Source of the DNA: Diadema antillarum
Taxonomy: Eukaryota
NCBI RefSeq assembly: GCF_040938485.1
Contig: NW_027271330.1
Span: 434,001 to 498,000 of the forward strand
Reading direction: 5' to 3'
DNA: 64,000 bases
The first letter of the stretch is position 1. The number at the start of each line of letters is the position of its first letter. The notes below the pieces were generated by a model. The model saw nothing but the letters and a program-made list of their open reading frames with translations. It made no database searches and had not been told where the DNA came from. Made by a program: the position numbers and the translations under genes. Positions 52,853 through 64,000 of the stretch are shown piece after piece.

Positions 52853-53538
52853 TTTTAAAGATGAAGTTCAAGAAAGTGCGAACAAGCAAAACTGACGGGA
52901 AGAAATACCTTGGCGACACGAACCCCAAAAAGATGGAGGTGCTGAAACAAGGAAGCCTGAAGAATAAAGACCTGAAGCGGCTAACGTTCTATGTACGTGA
53001 AGGTGCCAACTGTCGCTGTGACATGCTGGAGAATAGCCGGAACTACCAACTTATCATGGGCCATCGGGATCGTAACAACCCCAAGAAGCTTTTCATTCAC
53101 TTCGTACACAGCTGGGAGAAGACACGTGACTTCCGGCGCGCCATCAAAACCTTTGAAGACCCCGACGGTTGCGCCGACCTGGCCGAGATGACAGAGAACG
53201 CGAGCGAAGGTCGACGACACGAGCCAACCGTAGATGCGGACGCGTCTGATCTTGACGCAGTTGAGGCCGACGACCCTCGTGCAGCTGCTGGGACGCAGAA
53301 CGCTCAAACGGCCTCCATGACCGAGCTGACCAACGCGCCACCACGTGAGGGCGTGCCAACAAACGCGGAGCAGGTCATGTCAGACGAGACGCCGCCGACG
53401 CCAAGGCGGAGAAAAAATGGCGCAAGGCGTGATAGGCGCCGCGAGCGAGGAGGTCGGGACAGGGAAAGGAATGGCCCCAGGAAATCCCGCGCCCGCCGGG
53501 AGCGGTATGTTCCCGTCAAAAGTGGCGGGCAGTTTTGA
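52853..53538 (+). CDS. sfrp1/5: sFRP coding exon 3: rest of the NTR domain, a 121-aa C-terminal extension and the TGA stop
   Basis: Acceptor ctcttctcttgccctctccag|, phase 1. Translates to (V)LKMKFKK...KDLKRLTFYVREGANCRCDML...YQLIMGHR...IHFVHSWEK...DPDGC, resembling the sFRP1/2/5 NTR. The spliced CDS is 544+93+686=1323 nt, i.e. 440 aa plus stop. Confidence 0.94.
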
Positions 53539-53954
53539 GGTCTCTTTTTAGGCCTTTGCTGAACGGTAACATTACTTACAAGGTGTGTCCGTCCATGGAG
53601 GATACATGTATTTGATGCAAGCACACTGCTATCATGCTCGCGGGATGTATACGACTCTGTACGAAATCCAGTCCGTTGTTCTAGCGATGGGGCACGTCGT
53701 CGCGGCTGAAGACGCACAGTGTCGGACGCTGGGTGCATGGGCACCGGACAACTGACTAGCCCGCCCTCAGCGTCATCATGTGATTACATCTTTAATGAGC
53801 GGAATCTGACATATTTTGCGTCGTCGTTACTTCCGTTCTTTAAAGTAACTTAAAACGATAATGATTTATTCTTCTATTATCAGTACAACTAATTGCTTCT
53901 CCCTCTGAACAAGCTTTTCTTGCAAGACAAGTGTATAATCTAGACAATCATTAA

Positions 53955-54311
53955 AGGGGATGGCTAGTAACTGATCAGTGGGAATCAGTGGGAATGCTGG
54001 AGGATGATTGTTCCAATCCTTGTGGGATTCATTTAAGAGTACACTATATATCTATTCTTGTGTGAAAATTATTTGCTTTAGAATGGTCTAATATTCAAGT
54101 AATGTGCAGTTTAATGTTTCCAGGTAAGCGTCCCTGGTCAGTGACGGGGCATTAATCTGCACATAACTTGAATATGAGACCGTTCTGAAGCAAATAATTT
54201 TCACACAACAGTAGATATATAATGTACTCTTAAATAAATCCCACAAGGATTGGAACAATCATCCCTCAGCATTCCCACTGATTCCCACTGATCGGTTACT
54301 AGCCATCCCCT
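53955..54311. mobile_element. TTAA-flanked foldback MITE with 162-bp inverted arms (Kolobok-like termini)
   Basis: TTAA at 53951-53954 and 54312-54315. Arms are 53955-54116 and 54150-54311, with about 12 mismatches in 162 bp by manual alignment, and a 33-nt spacer. Confidence 0.9.
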
Positions 54312-56451
54312 TTAAGTGTAAGACGTAATGTGTAATGCACAATGATATTTTAGGCGAAACAATCCTAAGATTGAGGTTATACTAATGAAAATCGAACATA
54401 ACATTGCGTGTCATTCCTGAAAAAAAAGAAGTACCTAAGATATCGCACAAAGAATGTCCTTGAAGATTTTTGCTCTTTCCTTTCCTTCATTATCTGAGAT
54501 TGCCGAAGACACTGCATTTAAGTCTTTGATGTTACTTGTAAGGAGTTAACACAGGGGAACAAACGCTGGGAGATTTCTTTCGAGCAAAATTTACACGATG
54601 GCATTGAGCCTTAATGGAGAGGTTGTCCATCCCAATGTAATCCTTATCCATTATTGCATTTTTAGAATATTATAATTTATTGACATCAAGATCAAGGAAA
54701 AAAAAAACATTATAAAGTTTAAAGTTACTACCTTTTGGAACTAATATGCACACCAAATCCTGCTGTCCCATACTAATGCATGTTTAAATAAAATGTTGAT
54801 ATTTCGTAAACAAAGAACCAGAGACAGAAGAATTTATCATCTCTGACGTGTATGATATCGATGACATGGATGATGAAATCATTCATTTTGCTAAATATCG
54901 CAAGCAAGCCACTAGTGTCAGTTCACTAAAACATTGATATATCTTGAAAATATTCAGATGTAATTATTATGTAAATACATATCGAAAAGTTGTATTTCAG
55001 AGATAAACTTTTGATAGCTCCACGCAGTCTTTGCTGAACCGTTTAGTTGAGACGGCGGGTTAAAAGAAATCGCGGGACATTTCGTAGCAGTTTAAAGGTC
55101 TACCGGACCGGGGAAAGAGGTTCAACTGTGCCGTTGGTTTATTTCTGGCATTCGGTCTTTTTCATCGCAGTTATTGTTTTGCTTTCGTTTGTTTACTTTA
55201 TGTGGCATTTTAATTTGAAAGGAGATTATTATGCCGTCTAAGTGTTGCTTTTCAGCATGCGTTTTAATCTACAGCCTTACGAAAAGACGATAACAGATGA
55301 TAATGTGATGACGGTACTCTGGATTGTAACAAAGTTTATGTATGCATTTTTAAGTGTAAATACATAGTCGTATACCGCAGCGATTTCGTATTATAGGAGG
55401 AAATTACTACGTGCTTCTTTTCTAAGAAACGTATGGTAAAACCATACCATGATATTTTGTACCTATTTTGTATTCACTTGTCTATGTAAAAAGTTTATGT
55501 GACATATAAGAAAGCAATGGGAAGAATGGATGTATTGAAAGCATGAAAAGCATGAATTTGTTATTTTGTGCAGGTCTGCGTTTCCATGGTAATTATTACC
55601 GTTGAGAATTGAATATGATACATTAATTTCTCAGCAGTTCAGTGTGAGCTTTCTCGCAATGTTATTCTTCGATGCTTTATTCGTTTATTTTCAAGTTCAT
55701 TTTCTCTGCAAAAAGCAGCCTTAGCGAAAGGATCTCATTCTAGTTTTGTTTCCCCTTTACTTTGGATTGATTTGTTCTGACGATCTTATGTTTTATTACA
55801 GTTTATTTCAAATCAGCATTTCGCAAAAAAAAAAGTGAGGTATTGAATACGTGTAATAGGAACGACTCTCTACTCTATATTCATCATAACTCAAGCTACA
55901 CTTAACGGTGGCGGTATTTGCTGTCACAAGGAGGTTGAAAGGTGTAAGCCTTGTGTTACACACGACTCTTGAAGATGTACACGTGCATTGTCTTCTGTAT
56001 CCTAATTTCATGCACAATTGTATACACCCGACATCTGCTTACATTTAAATCCTTTAAGACGTCATGTCCCACGTGTTGACACCAGTGTTGCGAGTAGTGC
56101 TGGACAGGGGCCAGATTCACGATCGGTTTGTCGCCTGGTTTTGTTTCTGGTACACGCTATGTCCCTTACGACTTTTGTCAAGGTGTAGAAAAATTTACAT
56201 CAAGCGTGTAGTTAAAACTCAGTAGTCCAGAAACACCAAAGAATGTGAGTTTCCATCCAATCTCGTAATGTTATGTTCTCCCTCATTCGATGTTACAATG
56301 TGATTCGACAAGGAAAAGTACTTATAACCATTGTTTGATACTATGCAAATTGAAAATACGTGTAGCGTTTATGTTCGCTTAGAACACTTATATTGCATTG
56401 GACTTGTGTATTTTCTTGCGTTTTTATTCTTTTCTGTGTTTTTTTTTTCAG

Positions 56452-57168
56452 TTTGTTCAAGTGACTATAACGTCGTGTCAGCCTTACTGTGTATCACGTA
56501 AAGTAATAACATGACAACCGATTGTATTCTTCTCACGAGATATGACCGTTGTTAAGTGACAAAAAACCCCGAAATATTGGAAGATCTCGCCTTCCGGCCG
56601 AGAGGTGGCGCCATTTAAACTCGCAAAAGAATGAGCACTGCTGAGTGTCACATTTATTGATCTCGCCAAACCAGGTTCATTTCCAGTCCGGCCGACCGGT
56701 AGACTACTCCTTGATGTTTGCACTCAGCCAGCTGGCTTTGTTGGCGATGGAGTTCACGCCCAGAAATTAAGGGTGATTAATCAGAAACACATCGGCGCTT
56801 TGATATCTGGAAATGTAAATGGATCCCTTTTCTTTATTCTACACGCCCATAATGCTCGTGTAGCCCTCATCATTAGTATGACTCATGTGCTCACGCTGAA
56901 TGATTGCGTTGATATAATTTTGATCACGTTTTTTTCACGATCACATTTGTAAAGCTCAACTGTTATCGACTTTGTTGTGCATTGACTCGACGGCTGCCGT
57001 AACTTTGTGTGTTCAATGTAGACTAGATGTACATAATAACACTTTACACACCAAATAAAGATAGATCTGGAAAATGCAAATCGTCCGAAGTAAGCTGGTC
57101 TTTTCTCGAGTTTCCTTCTAGTTGTTGTTGTTTTTCCATAGGACGTATCTCCATCGAATCCTTCTATC

Positions 57169-57217
<49 letters not shown>

Positions 57218-57450
57218 GTCTATCTATGAGTCTCTGGTCTGATATTCTGGTATTTATTTATCTATTCAGTTACTTATCTATCCTATCAATTGCATTCGTC
57301 TTGTACTATCTGTTTTTTTTTCTATTTTTCTATCTATCTCTGTCTGTTTCTCAATCTCTGTTTCAATGTTTGCTTGTTTGTTTGTTTATTTATCTATTTA
57401 TCCTATTAATAAATGAATGAAGCTCATGTTCCGGTTAATGTTTGCTTTGA
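56452..57450 (+). repeat. ~1 kb direct repeat, copy 1 (unclassified repeat or local duplication)
   Basis: Colinear with 60790-60967 joined to 63109-63840, including a TCTA-type microsatellite at the same relative position. Confidence 0.8.
57164..57225. repeat. (TCTA)n microsatellite
   Basis: Directly visible; a degenerate counterpart lies at about 63640-63750. Confidence 0.92.
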
Positions 57451-57680
57451 ACATAAAAGTTAATGACACTTTGAAGAGCAGTGCAGTTTCTTTGTAGTTC
57501 CCAACACTATAACGAAGTTGAGATTATTGTCTTCAATATTGCTAGTCATTTTTAGTGGTAATGGTAGAACAAGCAGAGAGTATGGCGCATTAATGTACTT
57601 AAAACCCAAAACAATTTTATACGTACATTTATATATATGTTTAGTGAAAACAAGTAAAGCCAAACGAGCATGTACTTTAA

Positions 57681-58056
57681 AGGGAAGATACAATTTTGGT
57701 TGAGATGGGAACTCAGGTTTGTAACTTTTATGCGAGTTGATTAGAAACCACGTGTTTGAAGTATTAAAGAGCATGCAAGAGGACTTCGTTAAGTTTGTTT
57801 GATGAAAATCGGTTTTGAAATGGCAGAAATATTCACAACAAAGTGAGACTAATTAAACACTGTTAAAGATGGGATCTATTTCTTTTTTTATCAGGACCAC
57901 TTTGTTTTACTTTGCTTTTGGATATCTCAATTTTCATCTAGTAAACCTTGAATTCCTTGGTATGATAATAAATGTTTCATTTAAGAAGTTTCTTATTACC
58001 TTGCACAATTCAATTAACACCCGAATCCCCGTCTCTACCAAAACTATACCATCCTT
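57681..58056. mobile_element. Kolobok-like MITE, family B, diverged full-length copy
   Basis: TTAA|AGGGAAGATACAATTTTGGTTGAGATGG...CCAAAACTATACCATCCTT|TTAA, with family B internal motifs. Confidence 0.78.
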
Positions 58057-59718
58057 TTAAAAGTTCTATTAACCATTCGCCCCTTTTTAAAGTATCAACA
58101 ACCAACTTCATTTCATGAATATTAATATTTGTCTGTCAATAATCGACGCCACTGTTCTCACATTACAGTCATCGATCAATCCAAATATTACATGGTAGGG
58201 GTATACCTGTCTTATCAAATGCAAATATATTTATGAAGCCATTAAGTATCGGGATTTGCCTTAAAGTGCCTATTCGTCCAACTCTTTGTTTAAAAATCAA
58301 ATGCATGAAGGCATGACTTCGCAAGTGGTTTCACGTCTCACTACAAGGAAAATGAGTATGTTTTAAATGGCAGTGTTGCAGAAGTGAAATGTTTGGGACA
58401 ACATAACAGCATAACGTTGATTTTTCATCTTTACAGCGATTAATGGCTCTATGATAATTATGAACTATGTATGCTAGTCTTAAAACATTGAGGTAGTAGC
58501 GAGCTGGTGGTCTTATCGCCTTGTCCAATATTTTTGTGATTTTGCTGAAAACATGTGAACTATGAAAGTTCCATAACTTTTTTTTTTAAGTTTTAAGTTA
58601 AATCATATTGTTTAAATTTTCTGCCTGTAATCGATTTCTTTAAATTCAACATACTACACTTAAGTGCAACGTCCCTTTGATAGGGAGACAAAGAGGAGAC
58701 TATACATCACCCAACAAGGCGAGTCAACATGGAAATGATATTTATTTAGTCGAACAGCTGCGCCACTAGATGTGTAGGAACTCGACAAACTTGACATGCT
58801 CTTCAGCATTTGTTTGCCTTTCTTTGCCGCAAGTTTGCAAACATTTCAAAGCTATACACCTGCTGATGTAAATGAATAGAACGAAGTCATACGAACATTT
58901 TAAAGCGGTACGAAGCCTTGTAAGAAGCACGTGCTTTCAAAATGTCCCATGCTTTTACTAGTCAGTGTCATTCGGCACAATCACGTTTTCAAAAAGGTAA
59001 AGGCAATGATGTCATAGATTCAAAAATCTCCCACAAATCTGTTTTCTTATTTTGGAAAGAAAATTAATAAGTTATCAAATTATTGCCCCTCCAAACAAGA
59101 GAGAGAGAAAAAAAAAATCAATCACAGACTTGTCTAGAAACCAAGAGGAGAGTTGTAAGGTGATAACTGGACAGGTAGCTTAGACCTTATTGATGATATC
59201 ATTATCATAAATATCAGTTGTTTATTGATATTGATAGTTGACTAGGTAATTGTTTGTTATATAGATACTGCGTTTTTCCTGGGGGGGGGGGGGGGCAGAT
59301 TATATTGTTTTATGCCGTCGTCACAGAAAAACAAAGGAATTCATCTGAAAACATTTTAAGAAAAAAATTGCTTTACATTTTGCTTCTTCAGCAAATTTCA
59401 GCCAAGAAACGCCTATTTCATACATTATGATAGTTATTGTTAATTGGAATTGGAACAGAAAAATACGCAAAATCTGACTGACATGGTTGTCAGTTTATGG
59501 TTGCCATGGCATCCAGCAATATCAAATATAGCTAAATTATATTTCAAAATGTTTGGAATAATATTTTAGGAAAAGTCACCAAATGTGGTGGTGGTGGTGG
59601 TGGGGGGGGGGGGGGGGAGGCACAATGTACCCCCCTTGGGCTTTATAGGGTTAAAGGTAAAAAAGCGCAAATGACAATGTAGACGGTCGTGACAGGGAGC
59701 AGCTGCCATTGCTGTCTA

Positions 59719-60134
59719 GGGTGCGTTCGAGCGCTCTAAAGCGAACCAAAGCGAACTGAACTAAAGCGTACCGTACCGAACTGTGCCAGTTTGGGAGCGT
59801 TCGAAAGCTCTGTGGAGAAAGCGTACCTCTCGAGTTATTTTTAGAAAAGGTCACGCTTGTTGTAGCGAGAAGGTCATTCACCTTGCGCTTGACCTACTTA
59901 CAGCTGCCCCGAACAAAGAGAATGATGTCTTTGCATTGTGACGTATGCGCATGATACGCGCATGCTTTACAACGAACTTTTGGTACGCTTTGGTACGCTT
60001 TTGGAGCACATCGGGAAGTGATCCACTTTTGGCTCGGTACAGTACGGTACGGTACACTTTAGGAGCGTTCGAACGCTCCTCTAGCGCGGTACGGTACGGT
60101 ACAGTTCACTTTAGGAGAGCGCTCGAACGCGCCC
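59719..60134. mobile_element. MITE with TA flanks, GGG...CCC termini and subterminal GTACC/GGTAC pentamer repeats
   Basis: TA|GGGTGCGTTCGAGCGCTCT...AGAGCGCTCGAACGCGCCC|TA (18 of the 19 terminal bases match). The superfamily was not assigned. Confidence 0.72.
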
Positions 60135-60933
60135 TATAGACGCTTGGCTTGCTTAACATTGTGCAGTCATTGAACGATAGATGGCAGCACACAATTATTT
60201 ACTCTCCATTTATTCCTATACTCATACATCAACCTATCCAGTTCCAAGTAGAGATTATTCAAACATTGTGACCGATAACGCACCCTCCTTGTTATATGCC
60301 GCTATACTAATATTGATTGGCCATTGCAAGAAAGTGGCGCGTGTCAAACGATTGTTTACCCACCTTTAGTCTCGTCATTGTGTCGCCTGCTGCCGTATCA
60401 TAATTTGGACGTTGTATTATCAGACACCTGATTCCGAGCTAGCAGTCACATATTAAAACTCCAATTCTATTGCCTTGGTAGGGGAAAATGCTCATTAGGT
60501 ACTACAGTTGGAAAATTTAAGGGTAGTCGTCCGTCAAATCTGTCCGTTAGAATTGTTGAAGTTGTGTCAACGGAAGTGAGAGAATTTGCATATCTTTGAC
60601 AATGGCGAGCTTTATTACATTAAAACTAGAAAGCGCAGGAGCATGATGCAGTAAATTCTTTTGTGTATTATCAGCAATACTTGACTGCACTCTTATTTCA
60701 TTTCGTATCAATGAAGTAAAATTTTTGATTCGCCCCGCTGGGTTGTAGTATCAGAAAACAGGGTGTCGACTGTGTTTTGCTCAAGTCCTTTTGTTCAAGT
60801 GAATATAACGTCATGACAGCCCTATTGTGTATGAAGCAGAGTGATGACATTACCACCGGTTGCATTCTCTTCAGGAGATATGACTGTTGTCAACAGTTAC
60901 GAAAAAAGCAAGGCATTGGTAGATTTCGCCTTC

Positions 60934-60952
60934 CGGCCACCAGGTGGCGCCA
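60934..60952 (+). promoter_or_regulatory. Candidate CTCF-binding motif
   Basis: CGGCCACCAGGTGGCGCCA closely matches the CTCF consensus TGGCCACCAGGGGGCGCTA. This is a motif match only. Confidence 0.4.
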
Positions 60953-61379
60953 CATACACTCACAAAACAGTGCCGTATATTAAGAGAGTCTGGCCAACTC
61001 GGTTTTCGGCTAATGTGTTTTGAAGCCTGTGATTGGTCAAAAGCTGGTCCCGTGACCTACAGGCGCCATGTCGTTACCAAAGTCAATCACGCGGGCGCGA
61101 GCAGAGCTCATACGCAGTGCCCATTGTTGATTACGCGTAGCTATACGCTCTAATATTGCTTGCCTTGGGACTTCCCCTGAATATCAGTCATAATGCAGTG
61201 GGGATATGTCATTGCCGTTGTTGTCAGCTTTATTGAAGTAGAAGGTACAATACGAAAGATATTTTGATATCTTACTGCGATAACCTTAAGATTCGTCATG
61301 CCTTCCTACACAGCATGGCGTTGCGCAAACCGACCTGGCTCTTTAGAGCAATGATGCAGCGCTTTCCGACAGATCCAAA

Positions 61380-61765
61380 ACAAAGACGAACATTTTGTTT
61401 ATACAAATAAGGATAATTTTCTACTGTTATTTAAAACTTTAGTAAGACCTCATTTAGAATACGCCCATGCGGTATGGAGTCCTTATTTGAAAAAAACAAC
61501 AACATAAATACTTGTATTAGCTTTAGAAAATGTCCAACGGAGACCTGCAAAATTAGTACGTGAAATAAGATCTTTATCTTATGAACAGAGACTGGGGCAC
61601 CTTGGGCTTTCAACTTTATAGCATACCGCAGGGTGAGAGGTGATAATGAATATTTGAAGTTTTTAAATTTTTTTCAGAAATATGATCAAAAGGTAGAGCC
61701 TGATTTGGGTTTAATAGGAAGAAAAGCACTGAGAAGACATAGTAAAAAGTTATATATTTTTCGGT
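61380..61765 (+). pseudogene. Decayed CR1/L2-clade LINE ORF2 fragment (C-terminal to the RT core), inside the hAT element
   Basis: Manual translation gives LLLFKTLVRPHLEYAHAVWSPYLKK / ALENVQRRPAKLVREIRSLSYEQRLGHLGLSTL / YRRVRGD, matching the CR1 motif LYKSLVRPHLEY..QFWSP..LERVQRRATK..LSYEERL..LGL..L..RRLRGD. It contains stops and frameshifts. Confidence 0.85.
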
Positions 61766-62485
61766 CCATGTAATCATCTATTAAGGTAGCGTTAGGGATT
61801 CGGAAAAAACAGATATATCCATGAAAACAGCTATTGTACTTCACGATAAAATGTACTGTTCGGAGGAGAATAACACAAGCCACAAAATTGAGGTGAATCC
61901 CTGCGACATAAAACGTTTTAATCAATAGAATTACATCATAGTTACAGAGAAAATTACAAATAGATCTTACTGCAAAACGACAAAGCAGGAGGGTAGAATA
62001 TCTAAAATAGAATAAGTAACTAGTGAATCGGGAAAGAGAAGAGGTAAAATTTATATCTTGTCCATTTTCTAGCTAAAAACTGGGAAAGCCTATTAAAAAT
62101 AGCACGATGGCATTATCAATGCTCTAAAATTAATTCATACATCGTTATTGTCCTCTGTTAAATTCATTTGTGTTTTTGTCTTTTTTTGAGGGGTGAAGAA
62201 TACTAATTCTTCTATTTTTTTTTTTTTTTGGGGGGGGGGAGCGGGGGCATGAAGAATACAATTCAATTTTCTACTTGATAACAATGTCGCTCCCTGACAC
62301 ACTTGCCCCCCCCCCCCCCCCCCAGAAGTATGTAGAAATACATATTTGATGATGTTCATAATTATGTAGATGGTCACCATCTTTCAATTGATAGCTTTAC
62401 GAAATTACACCCGCCAGTATGTTATTTTTTCGATCATGGAACACCCTGTACAGGTGATTGACATGTAGATGGCGCTGTTTATCCT

Positions 62486-62834
62486 GTCGGTCTCGTTGGC
62501 CTTCTTTGCCTACTGTCGGTCTCGTGGGCTTTCTTTGCTTAGTGTCGGTCTCGTGGGCCTTTTTAGCTTATTGTCGGTCTCGTGGGCCTTTTTTGCCTAC
62601 TGTCGGTCTCGTGGGCTTTCTTTGCTTAGTGTCGGTCTCATGAGCCTTTATTGCTTAGTGTCGGTCTCGTGGGCTATGTTTGCTTAGAGTCGGTCTCATG
62701 AGCCTTTTGTGCGTAGTGTCGAACTCATGGGCTGTATGACTCCTGAGCCGTATAACTCGTGGGCTGTATGACTCATGGACCTATAATTGATGTCGGTCTC
62801 GTGGACCGTATGACTCGTGGGTGTCGGTCTCGTG
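62486..62834. repeat. 29-bp minisatellite (core GTCGGTCTCGT), about 9 regular units plus a degenerate tail
   Basis: Units start at 62486, 62515, 62544, 62573, 62602, 62631, 62660, 62689 and 62718. Confidence 0.92.
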
Positions 62835-63845
62835 GGATGCCCCCTGAAAGGATGTCCCTCCCAAACCTACCCCCTTTATCTCTCCCTCTCTTCCTCCCCC
62901 CCCCCCCCTCCCTCTCTCTCTCTTTCTCCCTCGTCTCTCTACACTGTCTACGAGAAAGAAAAGTCAAGCAACACCGTGCCTTTGGGACGCCTGCGCGAAC
63001 ACGCTAACCCCTAAGCGCACACGCTAAAACCATAAGCGCACTGTACGCTGGGTAACGACATGGCGTCCAATTTATGAGTTGGCCAGACTCTCTTAATATA
63101 CGGCACTGTCACAAAAGAATGAGTGTGACGTTTATTGATCTCGCCAAACCGGGTTCATTTCTAGTCCTGTCGACCGGTATACAACTACTTGAAATTTGCA
63201 CTCTTGACAAGTTGGCTTTGGTGGCGATGCGATTCACACCCAGAAATGTAGGGTGATATATTTTCGGTATCACATCGGAGTTTATTTGCAAGTGTGAATT
63301 AACCCCTTTTCTGTATTCTACAGGCCCAAAATGTGTGTGTAGCCTACGATTTTATCAAACAGACTCATTTGCTCCCGCTCAATTGTTGTGTTCATATCAT
63401 ATAAGTCACATTTCACTCGATCATGTTTGTAAATCTCAAATGTTATTGGCTTTGTTATGCATTGACTCGACGGCTGCCGTAACTTTGTGTGTTCAATGTA
63501 GACTAGATGTACATAATCACACTTTTATATACACACCAAATAAAGATCAGATCTGGAAAATGCAATTGTCCGGAGTAAGGTTAGTCTTTTCTCGTTGTTG
63601 TTGATTTGCTTTTTTTTTTTTCCAAAGTTGTCTCCATCGAATCCATCCATCCATTCATCTATATATGTATCTATCTATCTACTATATCTATCTATCGTAC
63701 TCATCTATTTGTTTATCTTTCTAACTATCTATCAGTCAATCTATCTATTTCTCTCTGTTTCTCAGTTTCTCTTTCTATGTTTGTTTGTTTTCTTTTAACA
63801 AATTGTTGAAGCTCATATGGCAGTAAATATTTGCTGTAATGTTAA

Positions 63846-64000
63846 AGGGAACGCAAACCCAAAGAGCAGTGTAAATTGAGTGAAAGCGGCAACATGAGTA
63901 GATCCCATCAGTGAAAGTTTGAGAAAAATCGGACAATTCATGCAAAAGATATGAATTTTTAAAATTTGCTGTTGGAACCGCTGGATGAGGAGACTACTAG
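63846..64000. mobile_element. Kolobok-like MITE, family A, left end only (cut by the window edge)
   Basis: TTAA at 63842-63845, then AGGGAACGCAAACCCAAAGAGCAGTGT..., matching the arm of 1052-1599. Confidence 0.8.

Larger units (their letters stand above)
60968..63108. mobile_element. Non-autonomous hAT-type DNA transposon (2141 bp)
   Basis: Perfect 33-bp TIR CAGTGCCGTATATTAAGAGAGTCTGGCCAACTC (60968-61000 and 63076-63108) and an exact 8-bp target duplication TCACAAAA (60960-60967, 63109-63116). An 8-bp TSD with CAG...CTG ends is characteristic of hAT. No transposase ORF was seen. Confidence 0.88.
60790..63840 (+). repeat. ~1 kb direct repeat, copy 2, split by the hAT insertion (60968-63108)
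   Basis: Removing the hAT element and one TSD restores ...ggcgcca...tcacaaaagaatgag..., colinear with 56606-56640. Confidence 0.8.

Noticed and set aside
56978-57030. Helitron 3' end (hairpin followed by CTAG)
   Set aside because: Homology between the two copies continues for about 400 bp past the CTAG, and the next base is A rather than T.
59150-59654. Possible piggyBac-like element ending ATAGGG|TTAA
   Set aside because: No matching left terminus (TTAA|CCCTAT) was found, so boundaries cannot be supported.
4934-62325. Numerous G/C homopolymer runs as G-quadruplex signals
   Set aside because: They are scattered throughout, often next to A/T runs or inside MITEs, with no positional pattern.
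62486-62834. CRISPR-like appearance of regularly spaced GTCGGTCTCGT repeats
   Set aside because: The spacers are homologous to each other, the period is only 29 bp, the context is eukaryotic and there are no cas genes; it is a minisatellite.
271-63809. The remaining short ORFs (60-140 aa) in the ORF track
   Set aside because: They are low-complexity or microsatellite- and MITE-derived, at lengths expected by chance, with no recognisable domains or consistent splice chains.

Overview
AT-rich, repeat-dense animal genomic DNA, probably from an echinoderm or similar marine invertebrate (taxon is inferred, not shown). It has two N gaps and no prokaryotic features. One protein-coding gene is supported: a three-exon secreted frizzled-related protein of the sFRP1/2/5 group on the + strand (4013-4556, 48063-48155, 52853-53538; 440 aa). 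Both introns are phase-1 GT-AG, 43.5 kb and 4.7 kb long. The protein has a signal peptide, a Frizzled CRD, an NTR domain and a 121-aa acidic-then-basic tail. Its CRD has an extra cysteine and its NTR domain lacks the first canonical cysteine. The rest of the window is intronic or intergenic. It holds at least 11 TTAA-flanked non-autonomous DNA transposons (Kolobok-like termini), three elements with AWWT-type target duplications (Sola-like), a 2.1 kb hAT-type element carrying a CR1-LINE fragment and a minisatellite, tRNA-derived SINE remnants, a ~1 kb duplicated sequence and many microsatellites. The best leads are the cysteine swap, a 162-bp foldback just after the stop codon, over-represented TAGGCCTA motifs, a candidate antisense exon and a candidate TCF/Cdx enhancer in intron 1. 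All of these are hypotheses; no database searches were possible.
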